From a bacterium (GTDB taxonomy: Bacteria; JACRDZ01; JAQUKH01): a DNA stretch of 37,861 nt. The notes beneath the pieces are model-generated. The model had not been told where the DNA came from, ran no database searches, and saw only the letters and a program-made list of their open reading frames with translations. Below are positions 1 to 9,311 of this stretch, piece by piece. The stretch spans positions 1 to 37,861 of the forward strand of contig JAQUKH010000026.1 of assembly GCA_028719205.1 (NCBI GenBank). The letters are read 5' to 3'. Numbering within the stretch: position 1 is the stretch's first letter; each line of letters begins with the position of its first letter. The position numbers were made by a program, and so were the translations under genes.

Positions 1-1
1 C

Positions 2-325
2 AGGGTTTTAAGTTATTTAAGAGGCGCGACATTGCTTGAGGTTGAGCCAAAGACAGGCCGGACCAACCAGATAAGGGTCCACCTGGCGTTTATCGGCCAC
101 CCGCTTGTCGGAGAACGCAAATACGCGATTGCTAAAGATTTCTCCGTGAAATTCAGAAGGACCGCGCTTCACGCCGAAACAATATCCTTCCGCCACCCCG
201 TAACTAACAAAATGTTATTCTTCAAAACCCCATTGCCGGAAGACATGAAAAACTTTATTCAAATTCGCCAAATTTCCGGCACTAATGAACATGTTAAAGA
301 CACTAAAGGGCCCGATAAATCCTAA
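2..325 (+). CDS. RluA/RluD-family pseudouridine synthase, 3' part (truncated by window start)
   Basis: Motifs [21 protein letters not shown] and [12 protein letters not shown]; the frame is open back to base 2. Confidence 0.9.
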   Translation, partial: RVLSYLRGATLLEVEPKTGRTNQIRVHLAFIGHPLVGERKYAIAKDFSVKFRRTALHAETISFRHPVTNKMLFFKTPLPEDMKNFIQIRQISGTNEHVKDTKGPDKS

Positions 326-357
326 AGCAGTCAAATTCCAATTTATTATAAAAATTT

Positions 358-387
358 AAAGCCGCATTTTTTTATGCGGTTTTTTTA
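358..387 (+). terminator. Intrinsic terminator
   Basis: GCCGCAT-TTTTTT-ATGCGGT hairpin followed by a T-run, 35 bp after the stop codon. Confidence 0.8.
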
Positions 388-400
388 TGTGAAAATATCG

Positions 401-461
401 ATGTAGTATAAACAAACAAACACTTGACAGATAATACTACATTTGTTATAATATGAACAAA
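401..461 (+). promoter_or_regulatory. Sigma70 promoter with candidate autoregulatory operators
   Basis: TTGACA (424-429), 17 bp spacer, TATAAT (447-452) with an extended TG. Inverted repeat ATGTAGTAT (401-409) / ATACTACAT (434-442), and TTTGTT...AACAAA around the -10. Confidence 0.8.
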
Positions 462-475
462 ATAAGGGGGAATCT

Positions 476-1270
476 GTGGATAATTTTAATAAAAAATTAG
501 GTATAAAAATTAAGAAACTTCGTGAGGGGGAAAAACTATCTCAGGAAAAATTGGCAGGCCTGCTAAAAATAAACAGGATATCTCTTTCTCAGATAGAAAC
601 CGGTGAGCGGAAAATAAGCGCCGAAGAAATAACAAAGCTTTCCAGAATTTTCAATGTTGCGACGGATATCCTTCTTGATCTTGAAAAGGATGCTAAAGTG
701 ACGCTTGAAAAAAGGAAAGAAAAAAACGAGAAACCGAAACAGGAAATGAGAATAAGTGTTCCGCAGAAAAATCTTACAAAGTTTAAGGAGGTTTTGCTTT
801 ATATCCTTAATAAAGTAGGCTCAAAACCGAATATCGGCGAAACGGTTATTTATAAGCTTCTTTATTTTGTGGATTTTAATTTTTATGAAAAATATGAAGA
901 CCAGTTGATAGGTGCAACCTATATTAAAAATCATTTTGGGCCGACTCCGAAAGAGTTTAATGAAATTATAAAAGATATGGAGGGAAAAGACCTCTCAAAG
1001 GTTGAAGATAAGTATTTCCAGTATCCTCGAAGAAAATACCTTCCGCTTCGAAGACCGGATATGACAAAGTTAAAAGGCCATGAAATTGAAATGATAAATG
1101 AGGTGCTTGATAGATTGTCCGACATGAACGCATCAGAGATAAGTGAATATTCTCATAAAGACGTTCCCTGGCTGACCGCCGAGGATGGGCAGGTAATAGA
1201 TTATGAGGCCGTTTTTTATCGTACGCCGGATTATTCAGTAAGGAGTAACAGTGGGAAAGATATTCAATGA
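476..1270 (+). CDS. XRE-HTH plus Panacea (DUF4065/SocA-like) antitoxin
   Basis: N-terminal XRE HTH (LSQEKLAGLLKINRISLSQIETGERKI). C-terminal KLLYFVDF...FGPTP...ISEYSHKDVPW is typical of Panacea. GTG start after AGGGGG. Confidence 0.85.
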   Translation: MDNFNKKLGIKIKKLREGEKLSQEKLAGLLKINRISLSQIETGERKISAEEITKLSRIFNVATDILLDLEKDAKVTLEKRKEKNEKPKQEMRISVPQKNLTKFKEVLLYILNKVGSKPNIGETVIYKLLYFVDFNFYEKYEDQLIGATYIKNHFGPTPKEFNEIIKDMEGKDLSKVEDKYFQYPRRKYLPLRRPDMTKLKGHEIEMINEVLDRLSDMNASEISEYSHKDVPWLTAEDGQVIDYEAVFYRTPDYSVRSNSGKDIQ

Positions 1271-1631
1271 AATAAAAAAACTTACTGAATTCGAGAATGA
1301 TTTTAAAAAGCTTTCAAAAAGATTTAGGACACTGGATGAAGATTTGGAAGTGTTTATTGATAAACAATTAAAGCTTTACCATAAATTAGGCATTGATAAC
1401 AATGGAATATTCCATATATCTAATATGGACATAAATGCTCCCAAAATATACAAAGCCAAAAAATTTGCCTGTAAATCATTAAAAGGAAAAGGTGCCGCAA
1501 GCGGGATAAGAATTATTTATGGGCATTATGAAAAGGAAGATATTATAGAGCTTGTTGAGATTTATTTTAAGGGCGATAAGGAAAATGAGGATAGGGAGAG
1601 GGTTTTGAAATATTATAAGAAAGTATCATGA
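1251..1631 (+). CDS. RelE/HigB-like toxin
   Basis: 126 aa basic protein overlapping the antitoxin; FENDFKKLSKRF...KGKGAASGIRIIY...VEIYFKGDKEN. Confidence 0.75.
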   Translation: MGKIFNEIKKLTEFENDFKKLSKRFRTLDEDLEVFIDKQLKLYHKLGIDNNGIFHISNMDINAPKIYKAKKFACKSLKGKGAASGIRIIYGHYEKEDIIELVEIYFKGDKENEDRERVLKYYKKVS

Positions 1632-2209
1632 AATTTAACCCCGATATTCATCGTAGGCGTTCTATTAGGTTAAAAAATTATGATTATTCACAGGGTGGGG
1701 CGTATTTTGTAACAATTTGTACTAACGGTAAAGAATGTTTTTTTGGTAATATTATTGAAAACAAATTGGTATTAAATGAAGCCGGTGAAATGGTAAATGA
1801 ATGGTTTATCAAAATACAACAAAAATTTTTAAATGTAAAAATTGATGAATTTATAATTATGCCCAATCATTTTCATTGTATTATTTGTATTGTAGGGGCA
1901 GACCCATGTGTCTGCCCTAATGATACGGGTGAAAATATAAAGGGCGAACACATGGGTTCGCCCCTACCTCGGATCATCCAATGGTTTAAAACAATGACAA
2001 CAAATTCATATTTAAAAAATATTGAATTAAATAAATGGCAACCGTTTGACCGCAAATTATGGCAGCGCAATTATTATGAACATATTATTAGAAACGAAAA
2101 AGAGTTAAATCGGGTCAGAGAATATATAATTAATAACCCCGTTGAGTGGAATTATGATGAAGAAAATCCGGCTAATTTTATTCCAACCCAAGCGGCGCCC
2201 ACATCGTAA
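1628..2209 (+). mobile_element. REP-associated tyrosine (HUH Y1) transposase, RAYT/TnpA(REP)
   Basis: HRRRSIRLKNYDYS, YFVTICT, HUH motif MPNHFH, WQRNYYEHIIR and YIINNP; ATGA overlap with the toxin stop. Confidence 0.9.
1892..1967. repeat. Inverted pair of GTAG-type REP hairpins inside the RAYT gene
   Basis: GTAGGGGCAGACCCATGTGTCTGCCC (1892-1917) and GGGCGAACACATGGGTTCGCCCCTAC (1942-1967). Confidence 0.85.
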
Positions 2210-5078
2210 GAGTCAAAGTTCCTTCGCCTTTTTTGTCTAATCCTCTCGCAACTCCGATATTTATTGTTAAAGGGCTAACAAATCCGAAGGTTAGATCAAA
2301 CCGGAGTTCCGCGCCGATACTGCTGTTGAGATCTTTTATCCTGAAAGTGTTGTCCCACGCGTTTCCGGTTTCCGTAAAAACCGCGCCATGAAGTTTTCTC
2401 AGGTAGAATGGTTTTGTATCAAAACCCTTGTCGTAATATTTTATAGGGAACCTGTATTCAAGGCTTGCGAGAGAAACTTTTTGTCCCCTAAAGCTATTTT
2501 GCGGATATCCTCTCAGATATACCGACTCATTATCAGCGGAGATATTTATATTACCCGGAAAATCTCCTCCAAGCTGAAACGCGCGCTGGGGAATTATTTC
2601 TCCCTCCGAGCTGCCAAAAAAGGATCTTACCTGTAGAATATGATGTTTCCACGGCATATTAATGTATTCATGCCAGTCGGCGGTATATTTATTAAAATTA
2701 AAGTCACTCCCTATTTTTTTATCATTCCGTTCAAATCCGAAATCCAAACTCCGTCCGTGTTCAGGGCTTATGGAAAGGGTGTAAGTTTTCGAATTGTTAA
2801 AAGCATAGTTTACCCTGCCTGACGCGAGATTCCCTTCCGCGGGGAAGGTTCCTGAAGACCCTGTCAAACTTGCAATATCTGAAAGATGAGAAAACTCCTT
2901 CCACCTGTAACCCAATGTCAGTTTCTGTTGTGAGTTTACTTTAGTGAACGGGACAATTGCCGAAAGAGTGAATATTTTTTCTTTTTCAGTATAATCTCTG
3001 GTTTCAGTTGAGTCTGTAAAAAAGGCGCCGTAGGTGACATCATTATCAGATGCCTGCAAGCGGATCGTGGGATATAAGCCGTCATAAAAATAATCAAGGT
3101 CATACCATAACCGTCCTTTTTTGGGGCCATAAGAGGCTATTATCGAATACTTATGTATATCAATAACGTCGCGCCCGGTTGTCATTGCCCCGAAGAATGT
3201 ACCGCTTTCTTTATTGTATCCAAACCATGGAAGCCAGAACCGCGGCAGGATCGTACCTGCCGAACTGTATTTTTTTGTTTTAATTTCTACAGGCGTGTCT
3301 TTGCTTTCTCTTTTTGGATATGGATCATTGTATGGTTCTGCCGGCTTCCAGGAAGCAGGATCCAGAGGCATTAAATGGATATCAAAGCCTTTCGAACTGT
3401 AGGATGAAAACGCGATTGTCTTACCGTCAGGCGAAACGGAGGGGCAAAAGGCCCCGCCCAAAACATTGGTTATCTGAAAGAGTTTTCCTGTTCCGGTTTC
3501 GTATGAATATAGGTTATTTATCCCTGTGCGGTCGGATGCGAATATGATATATTTCCCATCAGGGCTCCATGAAGGAGAACTGTCAACCGCCCTGTCGTTT
3601 GAGATCTCTGAAAGCTTTTTGCCCTGAGCATCAAGTATCCATATATCAATATATCCCCCGGAACGGCGGATGCTTACAGCGATCTTACTTCCGTCCGGGC
3701 TCCAGCGCGGAAGATTATATAAGACGTCACCGGGTTCGGTTAAATAAGTAATTTTATCTTCGGGAATGAGATTTTCCACGCTGATATCAGCTACTGCGAG
3801 CCTTGTTCTCTCCGCTTTATACACGGAAAAAATAAGTTTTTTGCCATCAGGAGACGGAGCCGGGTCATAGGCGTTGAGCAGGCGGGTTAATCTTATTTCT
3901 TTTTTTTCTTTCAGGCTGAAAAAATATAAGTCATAATACGCGGTATTGTTCCTGTGAAGGTCATTCTTTGTGTAATAAAAACCCTTTCCGTCAGGAGCCC
4001 ATGCGGCATAGGCTGAAGCTCCCGGCAGGTTATTATCGATGACCTTGGTATCTTTTTTATTTTCCAGGTCAAAGATATAAATACCCGGGGATTCGTCAGC
4101 GTTAGATGAGAGATAAAGAATAGTTCTACCGTCAGGTGAGAATAAAGGGTATTGATTAATATAACCTCTTTGCGTGACAGCTTGTGAACCTGTTATTCCT
4201 TTAACTGAAATTTCTTCTTTTTGTTTTTGATATTTTACCTTCAGTTCTTCTGTCCAGCCGTTCCATAGGTCCTTGTAGCTTTTACCTAAAACCTGTTTTC
4301 CGGTTGATTCCACAAGGAAAGGGAAACTTCTTCCGCTGTAAGCGATACTGATGTCCGCGATCTTTTCCCTGCCGTATTTTTCCTCCAGAAATTTTAAAAA
4401 TGCCGAACCAAAATAATATGGGACAATACTTCCGGGCCATGAATCAACGGTATATACCGATAATTGTCCCAGCGTCGGGAAATTATTTTCTAAAGCCGCG
4501 GTCCTTACGATCATCTCTCTTTGCGGTAAGCTGAATTTACCTCCGGTAGAAAACTCTGAATCTTCGTAGCTAGCGAGCCCTTCGATCATCCAGACAGGCT
4601 GGATCTGGTTTGGAAAATAAAACCTTCCAAAAATATTTTGAATGGTTTTAGGTAAACTGTAAACCATGTCAAGCTGGAGCACATGCGTGTATTCGTGCGT
4701 TATAACCACCTTCAGCCAGTCTTCATAAGATTCATTGATTATTTTTTCGGCGTATGGATTTGAAAAATACAAATTTATCCAGCTGTAATACATCGGGGAA
4801 GTTACGCCGTACGAGCTCAAAGCGTTATCAACTGATATTACCATGTTGGTTTTTTCTTTAGGAACCCATTTTATTTTGTTTATCAGGTTGTTATGGACTG
4901 TCTCCGCGATATTGGCAATTTTCTTCGCGATCTCTTCCCCGCCGTTATGGTAATGGATCAGAAAATGTTCGGTTTCGATAGTATTCCATTCATATGAAGG
5001 GTCATATTTAGCGAAAACTGTTCCGGTATAAATCAAAAATATGATCATTAAAACGGCTTTTGTTTTTTGCATATGCAT
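2178..5078 (-). CDS. Outer-membrane protein: gluzincin metallopeptidase, TolB/PD40 propeller and Omp85 (BamA/TamA-like) barrel
   Basis: Signal peptide; HEYTH...WMIEGLA; repeated PxWSPDG(K/S) PD40 units; LRGYP, LEYRFP, SIGAELR barrel motifs. Confidence 0.8.
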   Translation of the reverse strand: MHMQKTKAVLMIIFLIYTGTVFAKYDPSYEWNTIETEHFLIHYHNGGEEIAKKIANIAETVHNNLINKIKWVPKEKTNMVISVDNALSSYGVTSPMYYSWINLYFSNPYAEKIINESYEDWLKVVITHEYTHVLQLDMVYSLPKTIQNIFGRFYFPNQIQPVWMIEGLASYEDSEFSTGGKFSLPQREMIVRTAALENNFPTLGQLSVYTVDSWPGSIVPYYFGSAFLKFLEEKYGREKIADISIAYSGRSFPFLVESTGKQVLGKSYKDLWNGWTEELKVKYQKQKEEISVKGITGSQAVTQRGYINQYPLFSPDGRTILYLSSNADESPGIYIFDLENKKDTKVIDNNLPGASAYAAWAPDGKGFYYTKNDLHRNNTAYYDLYFFSLKEKKEIRLTRLLNAYDPAPSPDGKKLIFSVYKAERTRLAVADISVENLIPEDKITYLTEPGDVLYNLPRWSPDGSKIAVSIRRSGGYIDIWILDAQGKKLSEISNDRAVDSSPSWSPDGKYIIFASDRTGINNLYSYETGTGKLFQITNVLGGAFCPSVSPDGKTIAFSSYSSKGFDIHLMPLDPASWKPAEPYNDPYPKRESKDTPVEIKTKKYSSAGTILPRFWLPWFGYNKESGTFFGAMTTGRDVIDIHKYSIIASYGPKKGRLWYDLDYFYDGLYPTIRLQASDNDVTYGAFFTDSTETRDYTEKEKIFTLSAIVPFTKVNSQQKLTLGYRWKEFSHLSDIASLTGSSGTFPAEGNLASGRVNYAFNNSKTYTLSISPEHGRSLDFGFERNDKKIGSDFNFNKYTADWHEYINMPWKHHILQVRSFFGSSEGEIIPQRAFQLGGDFPGNINISADNESVYLRGYPQNSFRGQKVSLASLEYRFPIKYYDKGFDTKPFYLRKLHGAVFTETGNAWDNTFRIKDLNSSIGAELRFDLTFGFVSPLTINIGVARGLDKKGEGTLTLTMWAPLGLE

Positions 5079-5170
5079 TTTATTATATCAGAAAAATCTT
5101 GACAATAATCGTTATTTCCATAATATATTATGATCTGGAAAAACATAGTTTATGGAAGGAGCCTCGATCA

Positions 5171-6454
5171 ATGGAGAATGGCAAACGCCCTAAAGTGGTC
5201 ATTGTGGGAGCCGGTCTTGGAGGCATATGGGCGGCAAAGGTTTTAGCTAACGCGCAGGTGGATGTACTGCTGATTGACCGCAATAATTATCATACTTTTC
5301 TTGCCCTGCTTTATCAAGTCGCGGCGGCGGAACTTCAACCTGAAAATATAATATATCCGATCAGAAAGATCATCAGGGAATTGCCGAATGTGTCTTTTTT
5401 AATGGCTGAGGTCGAGAACATCGATTGTGAAAAAAAACTCGTAAAAACCAGCCGTGAAGAAATTGCTTATGATTATTTGATCTTAGCGGCAGGGAGCGAT
5501 ACTAATTATTTTAATATTCCCGGTGTGGAAGAATTTTCATTTCCTTTAAAAACGATAGATGAAAGTATTTTTTTAAGGAATCATATAATAAGTATTTTTG
5601 AAAGAGCGGTAGAAGAACATGATGAAATAAAACGGAAAAAAATGCTGAGTTTTGTCATTGTCGGAGGCGGTGCTACCGGGGTGGAATTCAGCGGTGCTTT
5701 AAGTGAATTAGTTCACAGGTTATTGTTGAAAGATTATCCGATGCTTGATATGTCTTTAGTGAAAGTATATCTTCTGGAAGCTTCTGACAGATTATTATCC
5801 GCAATGCCTGAAAATTGCCGCGATTACACAGCAAAACATTTAAAAATGATGGGCGTAAATGTCTATTTTAACGCTTTTGTGCAGAGAATCACGAAGGACG
5901 AGGTTTATCTGAGGGATGGCGGATTAATACAAACAGAAACAGTAGTTTGGGCGGCAGGTGTCTGTGGCGTTTCTTTCGCGAAAAAATTGGAATTAAAAAA
6001 GACTCCTGATAATAGAATAAATGTGCTTCCCACGCTTCAGACGGTTCATTATGAAAATATTTATACGGCTGGTGACCTGGCATATCTTATTGATGAGGAG
6101 GTCGGAAGGCCATTCCCAATGGTCGCGCAGGTAGCCTTACAGCAGGGGGCACTCGCGGCAAAAAATATTATGCGTCATTTAAACGGAGAGCCTTTAGAAT
6201 CCTTTAAATATAATGACCTCGGGTCAATGGCAACTATCGGCCGTCATCTGGCGGTGGCAAAAATAGGCAAAAAGACATATACAGGTTTATTCGCGTGGCT
6301 GTTATGGCTGGTTGTGCATCTTATCAGGCTGGTCGGATACCGTAACAGGGTAATTGTATTTATTAACTGGATGTGGAATTATTTTATTTATGAACGCGCG
6401 ATCCCGCTGATCTATCCATCTAAAACTGCGCCAAATTCAAAAAAAAATATCTAA
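5171..6454 (+). CDS. ndh: Type II NADH:quinone oxidoreductase (NDH-2)
   Basis: GAGLGG and GGGATGVE Rossmann motifs, LLYQVAA, AQVALQQG, GSMATIGR. Start placed at ATG 5171 after AAGGAG. Confidence 0.88.
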   Translation: MENGKRPKVVIVGAGLGGIWAAKVLANAQVDVLLIDRNNYHTFLALLYQVAAAELQPENIIYPIRKIIRELPNVSFLMAEVENIDCEKKLVKTSREEIAYDYLILAAGSDTNYFNIPGVEEFSFPLKTIDESIFLRNHIISIFERAVEEHDEIKRKKMLSFVIVGGGATGVEFSGALSELVHRLLLKDYPMLDMSLVKVYLLEASDRLLSAMPENCRDYTAKHLKMMGVNVYFNAFVQRITKDEVYLRDGGLIQTETVVWAAGVCGVSFAKKLELKKTPDNRINVLPTLQTVHYENIYTAGDLAYLIDEEVGRPFPMVAQVALQQGALAAKNIMRHLNGEPLESFKYNDLGSMATIGRHLAVAKIGKKTYTGLFAWLLWLVVHLIRLVGYRNRVIVFINWMWNYFIYERAIPLIYPSKTAPNSKKNI

Positions 6455-6544
6455 CTTAATTTACGGTGATTTCCAAATTCCGGAAGGTAAACTGTGCTAT
6501 TATATTTAAAAGGCTGCCTCAGGATATTTTATTTAGGAGATAAA

Positions 6545-7366
6545 ATGAAAAAATATTTATTATTTACTTTTTTGGTTTTGGCTTTAACATCAAATTCTTT
6601 CGCGGAGGAAACTCTTTTGATTTTTGCCGGCGCGGCGAGTAAACCTGTCCTCGAGGAAATTAACAAAAATTTTGAAAAAGAAAATAATATTAAGATAGAA
6701 ACAAGTTTTGGCGGGTCGGGGGGTATTCTTTCCCAGATGAAACTGGCGAAAAAAGGCGATCTTTATATTCCAGGGTCATCGGATTTTATGGAAAAAGCAA
6801 AAAAAGGCAACCAGGTTTTACCGGAGACAGAAGAGATAATCGCGTATTTAATTCCGTCTATTTGTGTCCAGGCCGGAAATCCGTTGAAAATAACAGGTGT
6901 TGATTCTCTGGTTGGAAAGGATATTAAGCTTGGAATTGGTGTCCCCGGGACCGTGTGCGTCGGGTTATATGCCGTTGAGATAATTGAGGGAAGCGGTTTA
7001 AAAGAAAAAATAAAACCTGAGATTGTTACTAACGCGGAAAGCTGTGAAAAAACCGCTTCGCTTGTCGCGATGAAAAATGTTGACGCGGTTTTCGGATGGA
7101 GTGTTTTTGAAAACTGGATTCCGGATAAAATAAAATCCATACCGATCGAACCGAAATATTTTAAACGGATTGGATATATCCCCGCGGCGGTTTCAGTATA
7201 TTGCAAAAATAAGGAATTAGCTGTAAAATATATCAAATATTTAAAAGCTTCGCGGTCACAGGAAATTTTCAGGGAAAGCGGGTATATAACAGCTCCGGAA
7301 GAACTTAATAAGAATTATCCCGGTGTTAAAATCGGCGGTAGTTACTTATTGCCGGATGGATGGTAA
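6545..7366 (+). CDS. modA: Molybdate/tungstate ABC transporter substrate-binding protein
   Basis: Signal peptide, FAGAASKP, FGGSG, GDLYIPGS. Start placed at ATG 6545 after AGGAGA. Confidence 0.85.
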   Translation: MKKYLLFTFLVLALTSNSFAEETLLIFAGAASKPVLEEINKNFEKENNIKIETSFGGSGGILSQMKLAKKGDLYIPGSSDFMEKAKKGNQVLPETEEIIAYLIPSICVQAGNPLKITGVDSLVGKDIKLGIGVPGTVCVGLYAVEIIEGSGLKEKIKPEIVTNAESCEKTASLVAMKNVDAVFGWSVFENWIPDKIKSIPIEPKYFKRIGYIPAAVSVYCKNKELAVKYIKYLKASRSQEIFRESGYITAPEELNKNYPGVKIGGSYLLPDGW

Positions 7367-7388
7367 GACATGAAAAGAAGAGACACTA

Positions 7389-8186
7389 ATGAATAAATTT
7401 AAAGAAAAGGCCTTTGATATCTTTGTTTTAAGTATTCTAGGCCTTTTGGTTTTATTTTTTTTATGCCTGTTTTTTTCACAAAGCGCGTTTTTCTCTTTTT
7501 CCGCTTTTTTTACGATCCTTTTTTCGAAGGAAATCTTATTTTCGCTGGGCCTTAGTTTTTTTACCGCGACAGCCGCGAGTATTGCCGCGAATTTTATAGC
7601 GGTCCCTTCGGCCTACGCGCTTTCCCGTTATAATTTTATGGGGAAGGATATTATTGACACGATTATCGATATCCCGATCCTTCTTTCCCCTGTTGCTTTG
7701 GGGACTTTGATATTAATGTTTTTCAGCACAAGAGCCGGAACATTTATCCAGAATAACTTCGTTGATTTTGTTTTCAGTGTGAAGGGAATAATCCTGGCGC
7801 AGTTCACCGTGACCGTCGCGCTGGCTGTAAAAATTTTGAAGTCTGTTTTTGACAGTATAAATCCGCGTTACGAATCAGTGGCGCGGAGCCTTGGAAGCAG
7901 CAGGACGGCGGCATTTTTCAAGGTGACCCTTCCTATCGCGAAAAACGGGATCATGACATCATTTATTCTCACATGGGCGAGGGCACTGGGAGAGTTCGGC
8001 GCGTCAGTAATGGTCGCGGGCGCGATGAAGGGGAAGACAGATACCCTGCCGGTAGGCATTTATTTGAGCCTGGCGTCTTTTGACCTTGAAAAGGCAGTGG
8101 TTCTCATTACAATCCTGATTTTTATCTCAGTTGTTATTCTCATGATCTTTAAGAAGATGGTTAAAAAAGAGGGTTGGCATATTTAA
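7389..8186 (+). CDS. modB: Molybdate/tungstate ABC transporter permease
   Basis: Multiple TM segments; DIPILLSPVALG, EAA-loop YESVARSLG, WARALGEFGAS. Confidence 0.88.
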   Translation: MNKFKEKAFDIFVLSILGLLVLFFLCLFFSQSAFFSFSAFFTILFSKEILFSLGLSFFTATAASIAANFIAVPSAYALSRYNFMGKDIIDTIIDIPILLSPVALGTLILMFFSTRAGTFIQNNFVDFVFSVKGIILAQFTVTVALAVKILKSVFDSINPRYESVARSLGSSRTAAFFKVTLPIAKNGIMTSFILTWARALGEFGASVMVAGAMKGKTDTLPVGIYLSLASFDLEKAVVLITILIFISVVILMIFKKMVKKEGWHI

Positions 8187-8187
8187 A

Positions 8188-9279
8188 ATGTTAGAAATTA
8201 AAGATTTACAAATAAAAATAGACAATAAAATTTTATTTAATGTGAATTTAAACATAAATAAAGGTGAATATTTTGTTCTGCTTGGGCCCAGCGGAGTGGG
8301 AAAGACGCTTCTGATAGAGACCATTATTAATTTGCGTAAGCCTTACAAAGGGTGTGTTTTATTAGACGGGAAGGACGTCACATCGTTATCGCCGGAAAAC
8401 CGTCCGGTCAGTTATCTTCCCCAGGACTCTTTTCTTTTTCCTCATCTTGGAGTAAAAGATAATATTTATTTTGGCGCGAGAGAGCGAAAGATTCCCGTTG
8501 CTGAACAAAATAAACGATTCGATGATCTGGTCTCTGTTTTAAATATTAAAAATATAATAGGCCGTGATGATGTGCGGACTTTGAGTTTGGGTGAACAGCA
8601 GCGTGTCGCGCTGGCCCGCGCGCTTATGGTCAAGCCCGAAATACTTTTTCTGGATGAGCCGTTTGCCTCCGTTGATGAATATCAGAAAAGGATCCTGCAG
8701 TTGAAATTAAAAGAGATAAACAGGCTGTTTAAAATAACCATTTTCCATGTTACCCATGACCGTGAAGAGGCGTTCATGCTGGGAGACCGCCTGGCGATAA
8801 TGATCGATGGAAAAATAAGGCAGATCGGCGCTCGTGATGATATCTATTACCATCCCACCTGTATTGAGGTTGCCAGGTTTATGTTGAATCAGAATATTTT
8901 TTCAGGGAAGATTCTTGAAGTTACCGGCGAAGAAGCAAATATTGAGATCAAAAAAGGGCTTATTTTAAAGGCATTAAACAGGAGTAAAAAATTCAATGCC
9001 GGGGATCAGGTATATTGCGGTATCCGTCCGGAAGAAATTGCCGTTATCAGGCCGGATCGTCCGCTTAAACCTATGTTACAGGATAATCTTGTGAAAGGTG
9101 AAATATCGGAAATATTTGAAAAGGGCGGCAACCACATACTTATTTTGAAACTTTTAGATAAAGATCCGGATATTGAAGTTGTGATCCCTAATTGCGCTTA
9201 CCGCGACATGGAAACAGCGGTCGGGAAAATAATAAGTGTTTGCCTGAAAAAAAACTCAATATGGATCCTGACGAAATAA
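8188..9279 (+). CDS. ABC transporter ATPase with C-terminal TOBE region (ModC/WtpC-like)
   Basis: Walker A GPSGVGKT, signature LSLGEQQRVALARAL, Walker B LFLDEP, HVTHD. Confidence 0.88.
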   Translation: MLEIKDLQIKIDNKILFNVNLNINKGEYFVLLGPSGVGKTLLIETIINLRKPYKGCVLLDGKDVTSLSPENRPVSYLPQDSFLFPHLGVKDNIYFGARERKIPVAEQNKRFDDLVSVLNIKNIIGRDDVRTLSLGEQQRVALARALMVKPEILFLDEPFASVDEYQKRILQLKLKEINRLFKITIFHVTHDREEAFMLGDRLAIMIDGKIRQIGARDDIYYHPTCIEVARFMLNQNIFSGKILEVTGEEANIEIKKGLILKALNRSKKFNAGDQVYCGIRPEEIAVIRPDRPLKPMLQDNLVKGEISEIFEKGGNHILILKLLDKDPDIEVVIPNCAYRDMETAVGKIISVCLKKNSIWILTK

Positions 9280-9311
9280 AAAAACGGAAAGGCTAAAAAG
9301 GAACAATTAAA

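Noticed and set aside
5060-5170. Upstream extensions of ndh (and likewise modA, lysA, cysteine synthase, eno) in the ORF track
   Set aside because: Downstream ATGs have better RBS and match the family N-termini; the extensions run into promoters or neighbouring genes.
232-7377. ATTGCCGGA..AGACATGAAAA shared by the rluA 3' region and the modA end
   Set aside because: Needs a 9 bp gap between two short AT-rich blocks; compatible with chance and does not delimit a sensible cassette.
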